DNA of 63,894 nt, counting the filler, from Octopus bimaculoides (lineage: Eukaryota): NCBI RefSeq assembly GCF_001194135.2. It is 5 parts of 4 records of this genome, joined end to end, with 100 filler letters (N's around TTAATTAATTAA, not from the genome) between each part and the next. Parts side by side here need not be neighbours in the genome. Positions count along the whole stretch, not along the records: positions 11,861 to 27,451 come from NC_068981.1; 4 more parts are not named here. The stretch is one strand, 5' to 3'. Below the pieces are notes generated by a model that saw only the letters and a list, made by a program, of their open reading frames with translations, searched no databases and was not told the DNA's origin. The translations under genes were made by a program, and so were the position numbers. Below are positions 12,857 through 24,529 of this stretch, one piece after another (within the stretch, counting starts at the first letter, position 1; every line of letters begins with the position of its first letter).

Positions 12857-13078
12857 CCCTTTCGTTACTGTATTTATTCTGAGATGCTCTGTGTTTCTTT
12901 CAATTAATTTTAGATATAACAAAGAATTTAGTAAAATAACTTAGTCATCATTCAGCTAGTGTTAGGAACATAAATTGTGACTAAGGTTTGTTGGAAGATT
13001 TTAATTCAAAACTTAGGAAAATGAGACATTTGTACTGAGAGCCAGAGCCGGTTTCAGCCAGGTTGGTAATCGAAAGGG
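12857..13078. mobile_element. piggyBac-type MITE (TTAA target duplication, CCC..GGG termini)
   Basis: TTAA|ccctttcgttac ... gtaatcgaaaggg|TTAA; 222 bp, no ORF. Confidence 0.85.
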
Positions 13079-13131
13079 TTAAGTGGCAGAATGAGTTTTT
13101 TGTGTGACTAGTTATTTGTGTATGTACTCCA

Positions 13132-13545
13132 TTAAAGTTTGTTAAATCTTAGTTTGTATTTTTGTACAAATGTATTTTCTCTGATTATCCATGTTTCCTC
13201 TGTGGTATTCACTGAAAAAAGGTAGAGTGGGAAGACCTGGAATTTGAGGGACTTATTTTTTGTACATATGTCTGTGTGTCCACTCAGTGGAATCTGTCTA
13301 GTACTGGAGTTTCATATTTGTTGTCAGTGAATGGTCAGTCTATTTCTGAAAGTAAGCTTTGTTTGACCAATGTAATCTTCATTACATCCTTGACATTTAA
13401 GAACATATATTAATTTTTTATGGTAAAAATCTGTCTTGATTTGAATTTGTAAGTTGTATCTTCAATAAGGCTGATGCATGTCCTGCAATTGGGGTATCCA
13501 CACTTTCTGATTGTTGGCGTAGGAATTGGAGAAGGTAATTTAGCT
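13132..13545 (-). pseudogene. PLE GIY-YIG endonuclease remnant
   Basis: My reverse translation: KCGYPNCRTC..(frameshift)LIYVLKCQGCNEDYIGQTKLTFRNRLTIH*QQI..LSGHTDIC..FQVFPLY..RENTFVQKYKLRFNKL*; contains stops and one frameshift. Confidence 0.85.
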
Positions 13546-13984
13546 GTAATTAGAGTGCCTTGACTGTAACTAAACATGTTCACTCAACCCTGTCGGCCTT
13601 AATTTTTGGTGCAAAATATATCATCACATGACACTAATGTATGGACATTGTGGGAAAGGTACAAAAGGTTCTAAACTTGAATCATATGATCGTTCTCTAC
13701 AACACTTGATAGAAAACATACAGAGCATTGATTGTTTGGTCATGTCACCAGACATGTTCACTCAACCGAGTCAGCCTTGACTTACAACACTAAACACTGT
13801 CACTTGACATTAACATACGGACAAAGCAAGGAGCCTACAAAAATTTCTAAGACCAGTCATGTGACTATCCTCTATCAATCAAGTTCTAGCCAAAACATAT
13901 ACTAATCTGAGCCATGAACTCCCTAAGAAAATAGGACAAGCTTCAAACACTAGTCAGAAGCAAGACAGTTGCAGCATAATATAA

Positions 13985-14430
13985 GATGTTGTGAGACTTT
14001 AACATTCAAACTGACAGAGTGATAGAAGCTAGAAGGCATCATCTAGTAGTAGATAAAGAGAATAGAAAGTGCCAGATAATTGACATTATAGTCCCAAATG
14101 ATGTGAAAGTCAATATGAGAGGTATAGGGAAAATAGCAAAGTACCAGGACCTAGGCATTGAATTACAGAGACCACGGAATGTTCAGGTAAAATGTATCCC
14201 AGTAGTTATAGGTGCATTGGGAACTATCCCTAAAGATTTGAACAGATGGACAGGGGAAACAGGCATAAAACCCAGTTTAGTACAGCCCCAGGAAACAATG
14301 CTATTAGGGACAGCTAGGATACTTAAGAGGGTTCTTGGCATTTAAGGTTAATTGTAGTTCAATGTTAGAAATTTTTCATTTCCAGCAGTCTAATCTGTTA
14401 AGTGTATATGAAATAATAATAATAATAGGG
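13985..14430 (+). mobile_element. R4/Dong-type LINE 3' end (RLE domain, 3' UTR, (TAA)n)
   Basis: ORF 14019-14345: DKENRKCQIIDIIVPND..KIAKYQDLGIEL..IPVVIGALGTIPK..LLGTARILKRVLGI*; ends in aataataataat. Confidence 0.92.
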
Positions 14431-14499
14431 AGCTGCTTGTGCAAACTAACAAAGAAATCAAAGCAAACCCTCCAAACAACAATAAAAAAATTGTAAAAT

Positions 14500-14780
14500 A
14501 AACGCATGCATACTGAGAGATATCGCTATCCATTCTGATGAAAATGTTACCTGAAAAGAAGTGGCGAAACTATCAAAATGTAAGGACCTTGAGACTGAAA
14601 TATTCAAAATGTGATGCGTGAGGGGGAAAACAATACCACTAGTAATTGGAGCATTAGGCTTGATTGAAAAAATATGAAAAGAAACCAGGGCTCACAAACT
14701 ACACACTCCCCCCCCCACCAAAAAAAAAAAGCTCTGCTAGGAACAGCCTACACCTTATGCAAGACATTATCGATTCAATA
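14500..14780 (+). mobile_element. Second R4/Dong-type RLE 3' fragment
   Basis: SDENVT*KEVAKLSKCKDLETEIFK..TIPLVIGALGLIEK..LLGTAYTL. Confidence 0.75.
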
Positions 14781-15156
14781 GAACAGTGCATAATTCAATA
14801 GACCAGATCAAATAGAACCATCTTCACACATAACACACACCTTATACAATAAGCATCTAATAATCTAAAACAACACAATTCGTGCAACATATACAAGATT
14901 AATACCTAATTTAAATAACATGACCTACATTAAACACTGCACAAAACAGAAAACTAATATAACATGAAACAATAAACTGAACCCCATAACAAAACAAAAT
15001 GGTGCAGTGCAAAAAAAAACAGGAGGAGTCTATTCTTCCCAAATTTCCATAAAAATAAGAACACAATGCTGCATACACCTCAGGAACATGGAGGGGGCAG
15101 CAGGTGGTGCAGTAGAAACTCACATGAAACTCTTTTCTTTATCAACCTACTAAAGA

Positions 15157-15820
15157 AATAATAATAATGGTTTCAAATTTTAACATAAGGCCATTAATTT
15201 TTAGGGGAGTACATTGACCTCAGTGCTCAACTGGTACTAATTTTATTGATCCTGAAAGAATGAAAGGTAAATTCAACCTTTGCAGAATTTGAACTCAGGA
15301 TGTAAAGAGCTGGGAAAAATAGCACAAAGCATTTTAGCAGATACAGTAACAATTCTGCCAACCAGCCGTCTTAGAAATAATAATAATAATGTCAATAATT
15401 AATATTTGAAATGAATAATAATGTCAATGATTATTATTTGAAATTTTGGTACAAGGCCAAAAATTCTGAGAAGAGGGACTTAGTTGATTACATTGAACCC
15501 AGTACTTGACTAATAGTTTATTTTATTGTCCCCAAGAGCATGAAAGGCAGAGTTGACTTTGGTGGGATCTGAACTCAGGATGTAAAGAGCCAGAAGAAAT
15601 GATGCTAAGTATTTTCTCTGAAGCACTAACAGCTTGTTACCTTAATAATGATGATAATAATAATATTTTCTATTATAGGCACAAAGCCTGAAATTTTGGG
15701 GGTGGGGATAAGTCAACTGCATCGACCCCAGTGGCACTTAATTTATCAACCCTGAAAAGATGGAAGGCAAAGTTGACCTTGGCAGAATTTGAATTCAGAA
15801 TATAAAGAACCAGAAGGAAT
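15157..15820 (-). mobile_element. Three head-to-tail SINE family A copies
   Basis: The core 'gaaaggca/taaagttgacctt.gcagaatttgaactcag' recurs at about 15255, 15545 and 15760, each preceded by a (TAA)n tail. Confidence 0.85.
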
Positions 15821-15821
15821 C

Positions 15822-16633
15822 ATCATCATCATCATCATCCTCGTTTAACGTCTGCTTTCCATGTTGGCATGGGTTGGACAGTTTGACTGAGGACTGATGA
15901 ACCAGGAGACTGCACCAGGCTCCGACCTGATCTGGTAAGGTTTCTACAGCTGGATACCCTTCCTAACGCCAACCACTCCGAGAGATTGTAGTGGATGCTT
16001 TTTACGTGTCACTGGCACAGGGGCCAGTCAGGCAGTACTGGCATCGACCATACTCAAATGGTGCTTTTTACATGCCACCGGCATGGGAGCCAGTCTGTTG
16101 GGACTGGCATTGACTATGCTTGAATGGTACTTTTTACGTACCACCAGCACGGGTGCCAGTCATGCAGTACTGGAACCAACAACAACAATGATTTCACTTG
16201 ACTCAACAGGTCTTCTCAAGCACAGTTTATTGCCCAATGATTGAAGGGTACTCTTAAATGGGCCAGTTATGTGACACTGACATAGGCCACAGCTGCAGCC
16301 TCACTTGGTTTGCTGGGTCTTCTCAAGCACAGTATATCTCCAAAGGTCTTGGTCACTAGTCATTGCCTCCGTGAGACCAAACGCTTGAAGGTCATGCTTC
16401 ACCACCTCATCCAAGGTCTTCCTGAGTCTAACCCTTCCACATGTTCCCTCCTTTGTTAGGGTATGACACTTTTTCACACAGCTATCCTCATCCATACGCA
16501 GCACATGACCATACCAGCGCAGTCGTCTCTCTTGCACATCACATCTGATGCATCTTATGTCCAACATTTCTCTCAGGGCGCTTACACTCTGTTGTGTATA
16601 CACACTGACATTATACATCCAGCGGAACATTCT
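15822..16633 (-). mobile_element. RTE-clade LINE 3' end (RT C-terminus, 3' UTR, (CAT)n tail)
   Basis: ORF 16301-16630: RWMYNVSV..QERRLRWYGHVLRMDEDSCVKKC..GRVRLRKTLDEVVKHDL. Confidence 0.9.
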
Positions 16634-16658
16634 CTCTGAAGCATTAACAGCCCGTTAC

Positions 16659-16890
16659 CTTAATAATAATGATAATAACAATGACATTGCTTTCAAATTT
16701 TAGCACAAAGCCTGCAATTTTAGGAGAGGAGTAAGTTGATTGCACCAATCCCAGTTTTACTTAATTTATTGACCCCAAAGGATAGAAAGCAAAACCAACT
16801 TCAGCAGAATTTGAACTCAGAATGTAAAGACATGAAATACTGCTAAGCATTTTGCCCAGCATGCTAACAATTCTGCCAGCGCACCACCTT
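16659..16890 (-). mobile_element. SINE family A copy
   Basis: Same core and head as 15157-15372. Confidence 0.8.
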
Positions 16891-17204
16891 AATAATAATA
16901 AAAATTTCTTTCTAATAATACTTTTTATCCCTACTGTCCTCCTGACAGACTTTGCTCATAAAAACTCTCATCCTGTCTACACAGCTGTCACCTATCTCAC
17001 ATGAAACTGTCTCTTACCTCTCCCACAAAACCAGACCATCACTTGCAAAATATGGTGCCTTACTTCTACAGAGCTAGCACCTGTACATGCATGGGAAGGA
17101 CAGTGAGAACACAAAGGAGGTTGGTGTAGAGAGATATATATGCAAGCATATATATACACAAATGCTAGTAAGGCAACGGTGATAATGATCACACTTAAAT
17201 GTTG

Positions 17205-18435
17205 CTTTTTACGTGCCACCGGCAATGGAAGTGAGACTGCTGCTCTGACAGTGATCCGGCTCAGATTGTGCTGTTAGCGCCCTACTGGCACGGGTGCCAG
17301 TCATTGAATTTGGTTCAGTTTCGATTTCACTTGCCCCAACAGGTTTCGCGAGCAGAGTATAGTGTCCAATGAAGGAAAGGTTGGCATGGGTGCCAGTCGT
17401 CGAATTTGGTTCGATTTTGATTTCACTTGTCTCAGCAGGTCTTCGCAAGCAGGATTTTATGTCCAAACAAGGAAAGGTATGCATAAGTGGGCTCGCCACA
17501 CCCCTAGTATAGGCCACGGGTTATGGTCTCACTTGGCTTGCTGGGTCTTCTCACGCACAGCATATTTCCAAAGGTCTCGGTCACAAGTCATTGCCTCGGT
17601 GGGGCCTAATGTTCAAAGGTCATGCTTCACCACCTCATCCCAAGTCTTCCTGGGTCTACCTCTTCCACAGGTACCCTCAACCGCTAGGCTGTGGCACTTT
17701 TTCACACAGCTATCCTCATCCATTCTCGCCAAATGACCATACCAGCGCAATTGTCTCTCTTGCACACCACAACTGATGCTTCTTAGGTTCAACTTTTCTC
17801 TCAAGGTACTTACACTCTGTCGAGTATGCACACTGGCATTACACATCCATCGNNNNNNNNNNNNNNNNNNNNNNNNNNNNNNNNNNNNNNNNNNNNNNNN
17901 NNNNNNNNNNNNNNNNNNNNNNNNNNNNNNNNNNNNNNNNNNNNNNNNNNNNNNNNNNNNNNNNNNNNNNNNNNNNNNNNNNNNNNNNNNNNNNNNNNNN
18001 NNNNNNNNNNNNNNNNNNNNNNNNNNNNNNNNNNNNNNNNNNNNNNNNNNNNNNNNNNNNNNNNNNNNNNNNNNNNNNNNNNNNNNNNNNNNNNNNNNNN
18101 NNNNNNNNNNNNNNNNNNNNNNNNNNNNNNNNNNNNNNNNNNNNNNNNNNNNNNNNNNNNNNNNNNNNNNNNNNNNNNNNNNNNNNNNNNNNNTTTCTCC
18201 CTGGAATGTGGCAGAAGTTGTTCTCTGCACATTTTCAGTGTTTATTGCACCTGAGCATCTGCCACATACAAAAACTATCTTCCTAGTTAGCCTTCCTTTG
18301 ATATTGCTGCACCTCTTATGTGTCCATAGCTTACACTGGGTACATCTTATAGAGTTTCTATCCACACCTTTTCTACAAATCAAGCAGGGTCATCTACCTG
18401 AAGGGGTTAGTGGTTTGTCTACCTTCCTACTTATT
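17205..18435 (-). mobile_element. RTE-clade LINE 3' part with PHD-like Cys/His insert (interrupted by a gap)
   Basis: [39 protein letters not shown], then RWMCNASV..RWYGHLARMDEDSCVKKC..GRGRPRKTWDEVVKHDL. Confidence 0.9.
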
Positions 18436-18437
18436 AG

Positions 18438-18477
<40 letters not shown>

Positions 18478-18530
18478 TTATGTATGTGTGTATATGTATG
18501 TATCCATGCATATATGTGTGTATCTGTATG

Positions 18531-18561
<31 letters not shown>

Positions 18562-18759
18562 CGCACCTCTGAAAACATGAGAACCACCAGCATGACAATA
18601 TGAATACTGTTGTAGAAACAGAGAATTGACACAGACATACATAGACACAGACAAGACATAGACGTGGGTGTCTACATACACACACAAGTATAGAGGAAGA
18701 AATACAATAAGAAACATACAAATACACATAAGCAGACTTTCAGACAGACAGTCACATAA

Positions 18760-18802
<43 letters not shown>

Positions 18803-18959
18803 TAAAGGAAGGCGAGATAATATGGTATGAGATAGTTACGGTTGGGAGAGGAAGTAAACCATAACTGAGGGTGAACTAGCAACGTATTTCAGATTGTTAT
18901 CGCATTGCAGGCTGAGTAGTCTCTGTGCGTGTGTGTGTGCGTGTATGTGTGTATTTATA

Positions 18960-19021
18960 CAAATGTTTTATATACATATATATACATACATATATATATA
19001 TATACATACATATATATATAC

Positions 19022-19102
<81 letters not shown>

Positions 19103-19486
19103 TATAGATATATATAGATATATATATGTATATAGATATATATAGATATATGTATATAGATATATATACATATATGTATATAGATATATATACATATATA
19201 TATGTATATATATACAAGTATATAGATATATATATACACATATGTATATATACATGCCCTAACTCTTCGAAACGCTTGGCATAGAATGGTGGCAGCTGAT
19301 GAAGGAAATGTTCTCTATGTGGTTTGTTTGTTTTCTGTGCTCTGTTTATGTTCTGTTTTTCATTTTGTGCACGTTTTTTTGTGACGTCCTGGACCCAGAT
19401 ATGAATCTATATATACATGTAGATGTAGGTATGTACATACATGTACGTATATATGCATATACTCACATATCATTTGTATTATATAC

Positions 19487-19525
<39 letters not shown>

Positions 19526-19571
19526 TGTATATAGATATATATACATATATATATGTATATATATATATATA
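18960..19571. repeat. Large degenerate (TA)n/(TACA)n/(TAGA)n microsatellite field
   Basis: Directly visible; source of the many YIYIYI pseudo-ORFs. Confidence 0.95.
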
Positions 19572-20131
19572 NNNNNNNNNNNNNNNNNNNNNNNNNNNNN
19601 NNNNNNNNNNNNNNNNNNNNNNNNNNNNNNNNNNNNNNNNNNNNNNNNNNNNNNNNNNNNNNNNNNNNNNNNNNNNNNNNNNNNNNNNNNNNNNNNNNNN
19701 NNNNNNNNNNNNNNNNNNNNNNNNNNNNNNNNNNNNNNNNNNNNNNNNNNNNNNNNNNNNNNNNNNNNNNNNNNNNNNNNNNNNNNNNNNNNNNNNNNNN
19801 NNNNNNNNNNNNNNNNNNNNNNNNNNNNNNNNNNNNNNNNNNNNNNNNNNNNNNNNNNNNNNNNNNNNNNNNNNNNNNNNNNNNNNNNNNNNNNNNNNNN
19901 NNNNNNNNNNNNNNNNNNNNNNNNNNNNNNNNNNNNNNNNNNNNNNNNNNNNNNNNNNNNNNNNNNNNNNNNNNNNNNNNNNNNNNNNNNNNNNNNNNNN
20001 NNNNNNNNNNNNNNNNNNNNNNNNNNNNNNNNNNNNNNNNNNNNNNNNNNNNNNNNNNNNNNNNNNNNNNNNNNNNNNNNNNNNNNNNNNNNNNNNNNNN
20101 NNNNNNNNNNNNNNNNNNNNNNNNNNNNNNN

Positions 20132-21335
20132 GCTATGGACACATAAGAGGTGCAGCAATATCAAAGGAAGGTTAACTAGGAAGTTAGTTTTTGTATGTAG
20201 CAGATGTTCAGGAGCAATAAACACTGTAAATTTGCAGAAAACAACTTCTGCCACATTCCAGGGAGAAAAACTAGATGTAGTTGATAGCTTCCGCTATCGA
20301 AGTGACCAAGTTAGTAGTGGGGGAGGGTGCGCTGAAAATGTAGCTGCTAGAATAAGAATAGCCTGGGCAAAGTTCAGAGAGCTCTTACCTCTGCTGGTGA
20401 CAAAGGGTCTCTCTCTCAGAGTAAAAGGCAGACTGTATGACGCATGTGTACGAACAGCCATGCTACATGGCAGTGAAACATGGGCCGTGACTGCTGAGGA
20501 CATGTGTAAGCTCGAAAAGAATGAAGCCAGTACGCTCCGCTGGATGTGTAATGCCAGTGTGCATACTCGACAAAGTGTAAGTACCTTGAGAGAAAAATTG
20601 GACTCAAGAAGCATCAGTTGTGGTGTGCAAGTGAGACGATTGCGCTGGTATCGTCATGTAGCAAGAATGGATGAGGATAGCTGTGTGAAAAAGTGCCACA
20701 CCCTAGCAGTTGAGGGAGCCTGTGGAAGAGGTAGGCCCAGGAAGACCTGGGATGAGGTGGTGAGGCATGACCTTTGAACATATGCTGTGCGTGAGAAGAC
20801 CCGGCAAGCCAAGTGAGACCTAAATCCAAGGCCTCTGCCAGGGGTGTAGTCAGCCCACTTATGCGTACCTTTCCTTCATTGGACACTAAACTCCACTTGC
20901 GAAGACCTGTTGAGGCAAGTGAAATCGAAATCAAACTAAATTCGACAGCTGGCACCCATGCCAACGTCATCTCCTTCATTGGACACGAAACTCAGCAAGC
21001 GAAAGAGAAATCGTGATGGCACCTGTGCCCAGCGTTGCCTTCCTGGCACTTGTGCCGATGGCACGTGTAAAGACATTTGAGCGAGATCGCTGCCAGTACC
21101 GCTGGACTGGCTCCTGTGCAGGTGGTACGTAAAATACACCATTTTGAGCATGGCTATTGCCAGTACCGCCCGACTGGCCTTCGTGCTGGTGGCACGTAAA
21201 AGCAGCCACTACACTCTCGGAGTGGTTGGCGTTAGGAAGGGCATCCAGCTGTAGAAACCCTGCCAAATCAGATTGGAGCCTGGCGTAGCTATCTGATTTC
21301 ACCAGTCCTCAGTCAAATCATCCAACCCATATGCA
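20132..21335 (+). mobile_element. RTE-clade LINE 3' part, same family as 17205-18435, opposite orientation
   Basis: LWTHKRCSNIKGRL..VVDSFRY..RIRIAWAKFRELLPLL..YDACVRTAMLHGSETWAV..RRLRWYRHVARM..GRPRKTW; 3' UTR runs to 'catccaacccat'. Confidence 0.92.
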
Positions 21336-21425
21336 TTTATATATTTATACATATATTTATACATACATATATATATACACACACACATACATATATATTT
21401 ATACACAGATATATATTATATATAA

Positions 21426-21458
<33 letters not shown>

Positions 21459-21861
21459 TGCATGTGTGTGTTCATTAAACTTTTACAAGGAAAAGTTTGA
21501 TAGTGACTTTGAAATTTCAGTTTGCTTGCTTTTATGAGATTGCCTGACAAAGGTAAGATGGCACCTGAAACTTTGATGTCCCTGTTAACCTTTGCCTTCT
21601 AAAAGTTTAACAATTATGTACTCTACCAGAAGAATTGCATAATCCTTCAGTTCAATGAAAAATTGACATTAATATTAGAAAGGGAATCCAGCCATAAAAA
21701 CCATACAAAATAGATGACTGGATCCTGGTCTCTGGCTTGCCAACTCCTGTCAAACTGTCCAACCCATGCCAGCATGGAAAACAGACTTTAAATGATGATG
21801 AGGCTATATAAAAGCCTGCATCACATAATTTTGGGAGACATCCAAGCAGAGGATGCATCGA

Positions 21862-22060
21862 TTCGATGCTAAGTGCTCAAGAGCCTCTGTCACACAGACT
21901 CCATTTCAATTCAAACTTCAATTGTCAGTGAGTCTTAGTTTTGCCATGAGCGTCAACAAATCACAGGGGCAAACATTTTTAGTTGCCAGTTTACAAATTG
22001 AAGAGACCTGCTTCACTCAAAGGCAGCATTACATTGGATGTTCAGGAGTAGGAGGTAAAA
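21862..22060 (+). mobile_element. Helitron PIF1-type helicase C-terminal fragment
   Basis: PFQFKLQLSVSLSFAMSVNKSQGQTF..IEETCFTQRQHYIGCSGVG matches the Helitron motif QFPVRLAFAMTINKSQGQT..CFSHGQLYVACSRV; runs into an N gap. Confidence 0.85.
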
Positions 22061-22423
22061 NNNNNNNNNNNNNNNNNNNNNNNNNNNNNNNNNNNNNNNN
22101 NNNNNNNNNNNNNNNNNNNNNNNNNNNNNNNNNNNNNNNNNNNNNNNNNNNNNNNNNNNNNNNNNNNNNNNNNNNNNNNNNNNNNNNNNNNNNNNNNNNN
22201 NNNNNNNNNNNNNNNNNNNNNNNNNNNNNNNNNNNNNNNNNNNNNNNNNNNNNNNNNNNNNNNNNNNNNNNNNNNNNNNNNNNNNNNNNNNNNNNNNNNN
22301 NNNNNNNNNNNNNNNNNNNNNNNNNNNNNNNNNNNNNNNNNNNNNNNNNNNNNNNNNNNNNNNNNNNNNNNNNNNNNNNNNNNNNNNNNNNNNNNNNNNN
22401 NNNNNNNNNNNNNNNNNNNNNNN

Positions 22424-22460
<37 letters not shown>

Positions 22461-23990
22461 CGTGTCTTCTTGCCTTGATATTACAAGATGGTTGTAAATG
22501 AGTGTCATTCGCACACAAATAATGTCCCTTGTTTCCTACTTTCCATGGAAACATGCTTGAAATATATCCGGTCACAGGGAAAACAGGTGAGGGTTGGCAA
22601 CAGGAAGGGCATCTGGCTGTAGAAAATCTGCCTCAACAAATTCCATGCGAGCATGGGAAAAAATGGACATTAAAACAATATTGATAATACACACACATAT
22701 ACAGTCTCTCTCTCTCTTACATACACACATGTATACACACGTACACATATACACATGTACACATATACACACACACACACACACACAAACATATACATAT
22801 CATCATCATCATCGTCATTTAACGTCTGCTTTCCACGCTGGCATGGGTTGGAGAGTTTGACTGAGGACTGGCAAGCCGGTCCAGTGGTTGGTGTTAGGAA
22901 GAGCATCCAGCTGTAGAAACCAAGCCAAAACAAACAGTGGAGCCTTGTGCTGCCCTCTGGCTTGCCAGCTCCTGTCAAACTGTCTAACCTGTGCCAGATG
23001 GATATTAAATTATGGTGATGATGAGCATAGACTGCGTATTCTCTGGGGATAAGAGTGGTGACATGATACTTCTGCATAGTTTACTGAAGGAGCAAATCCA
23101 GAAAAATCTTGTCGACATCAGTGGTGAGGCAGAAGTATGGCCAGCACTTCTCCTATGAATGCCCGGCAGTATTTGTATTCTCCACTTGTCTTGTTTTCAT
23201 TATCATCTTAATTTAACTTCCATTTTTCTATGCTTGTCTGGATCAGATGGAATCTGCTGAGGTAGATTTTCTACAGCCAGATGTCTTTCCTGTCACCAAC
23301 TCTTAATTGTTTCCAAAGATAGAATCTTCTTCATGGAAATATGAAAATGAACATCTTCACTTGTATGATAATGGTGCTCATTTACCACCATCATGAGATG
23401 ACCAGACAAGGGTACACACACAGACACACACACACACACACACACACACAGGAGCGTGTGCATGGCTACAGTAGATGACACTTGCTCACATGGTTGAAAA
23501 GCAAGCTTCTCAACCACACAGCCATGGCTGTACCTACTTGTCACAAATAGTAATTTATAAAGAATACATCAAATAAATATATAAATGCTGGACAACAAGA
23601 TCATTGTCTGAACGTTTTGTTGCATATATAATTTTTATTCATGAAATACCTACAATTACTAAGCACCATTTATATGCACCGTCTTTACCAGTTTTTCTTG
23701 TCACAAATCATAATTTACTAATAATATATCAAATAAATACATGATCGGTGACTAGCAGACAAATTTGCTGTCTGTCTGTCTTGTCACATGATAATTTTTC
23801 TAAGGGAAATAAAAAGCAAACAAATGTAGTCATATGTTATATGGCAACAGAATAGATAAATAAATAAATCATATTGGATGTCTAAGAGTATTGTGAATGT
23901 CCAAATAAAAAATTCCACATAGTCTCTCCTAAGAACATAGCTCAGCAATAATTTCATCATTTGTCCATCAGTGTGTGTGTGTATCACATA

Positions 23991-24529
23991 TGAGGTCTGA
24001 TCAAAAAGTTTCGGGACTGCTGCTATAAACAGAAAACTACAACACACAGCAATTTGGCATTTGGTCTCCTTCAAAGTTGTCCCCTTTTGAAGCCACACAC
24101 TTTATCCAGCATTGTTTCCATTGATGGAAGCATTCTTGGAACACCTTTTTGGAGATAGCAAACAGCTGCCTCCAACATCTTGAAATCTTCGTGAGGTCTT
24201 CCACTGCAAAGGCTGAGTCCTTGGTTTCGGGGTCATAGCCATAGATCCACGATTTGCCACTTGTTATGACTGTTTTAAAAAAAATTCTCATCTTCCTCAA
24301 CACAATCAAGGAAACCCTGTATAGCCGAAACCTGTCTTTTTTGAGACTACCAAACTCTACACACTTTACTTCCAAACATTGCTATAAACAATAGGAGTAA
24401 GTGAGAACATTATAACTGAGTGTGCATGTGTGAAAGAATTCAAGGTTAATTTGGGTCAAGCAACTTCACTCTGCATGTTTTGGCTCTGTTACCATAGCAA
24501 CAGTCCTGATACATTTTGACCAGACCTTG
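23991..24529 (-). mobile_element. Internally deleted mariner with both TIRs and TA target duplication
   Basis: TA|tgaggtctgatcaaaaagtttcgggactg ... cagtcctgatacattttgaccagaccttg|TA; peptide remnants ITSGKSWIYGYDPETK and FQECFHQWKQCWIKCVASKGDNFEGD. Confidence 0.88.

Larger units (their letters stand above)
12391..13979 (-). mobile_element. 5'-truncated Penelope-like element with inverted pLTR-like arms
   Basis: 12391-12760 is the reverse complement of 13551-13979 (the right arm has a ~60-bp insertion); a GIY-YIG remnant lies between them on the minus strand. Confidence 0.8.

Noticed and set aside
13921-13960. Hammerhead-like remnant in the PLE inverted arms (ctaaga..cttcaaacactagtc)
   Set aside because: Both G5 and G12 of the core are missing and stem I does not pair; not supportable as a ribozyme.
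19265-19312. GAAAC...CTGATGA arrangement suggesting a type II hammerhead
   Set aside because: No correctly placed NUH triplet or stem III; stem II is weak.
18390-20254. Numerous long ORFs of YIYIYI/VCVC or X
   Set aside because: Translations of (TA)n/(CA)n microsatellites and N gaps; the same applies at 4098, 28359, 29276, 32444, 34241, 43019, 46825, 49466 and 62470.
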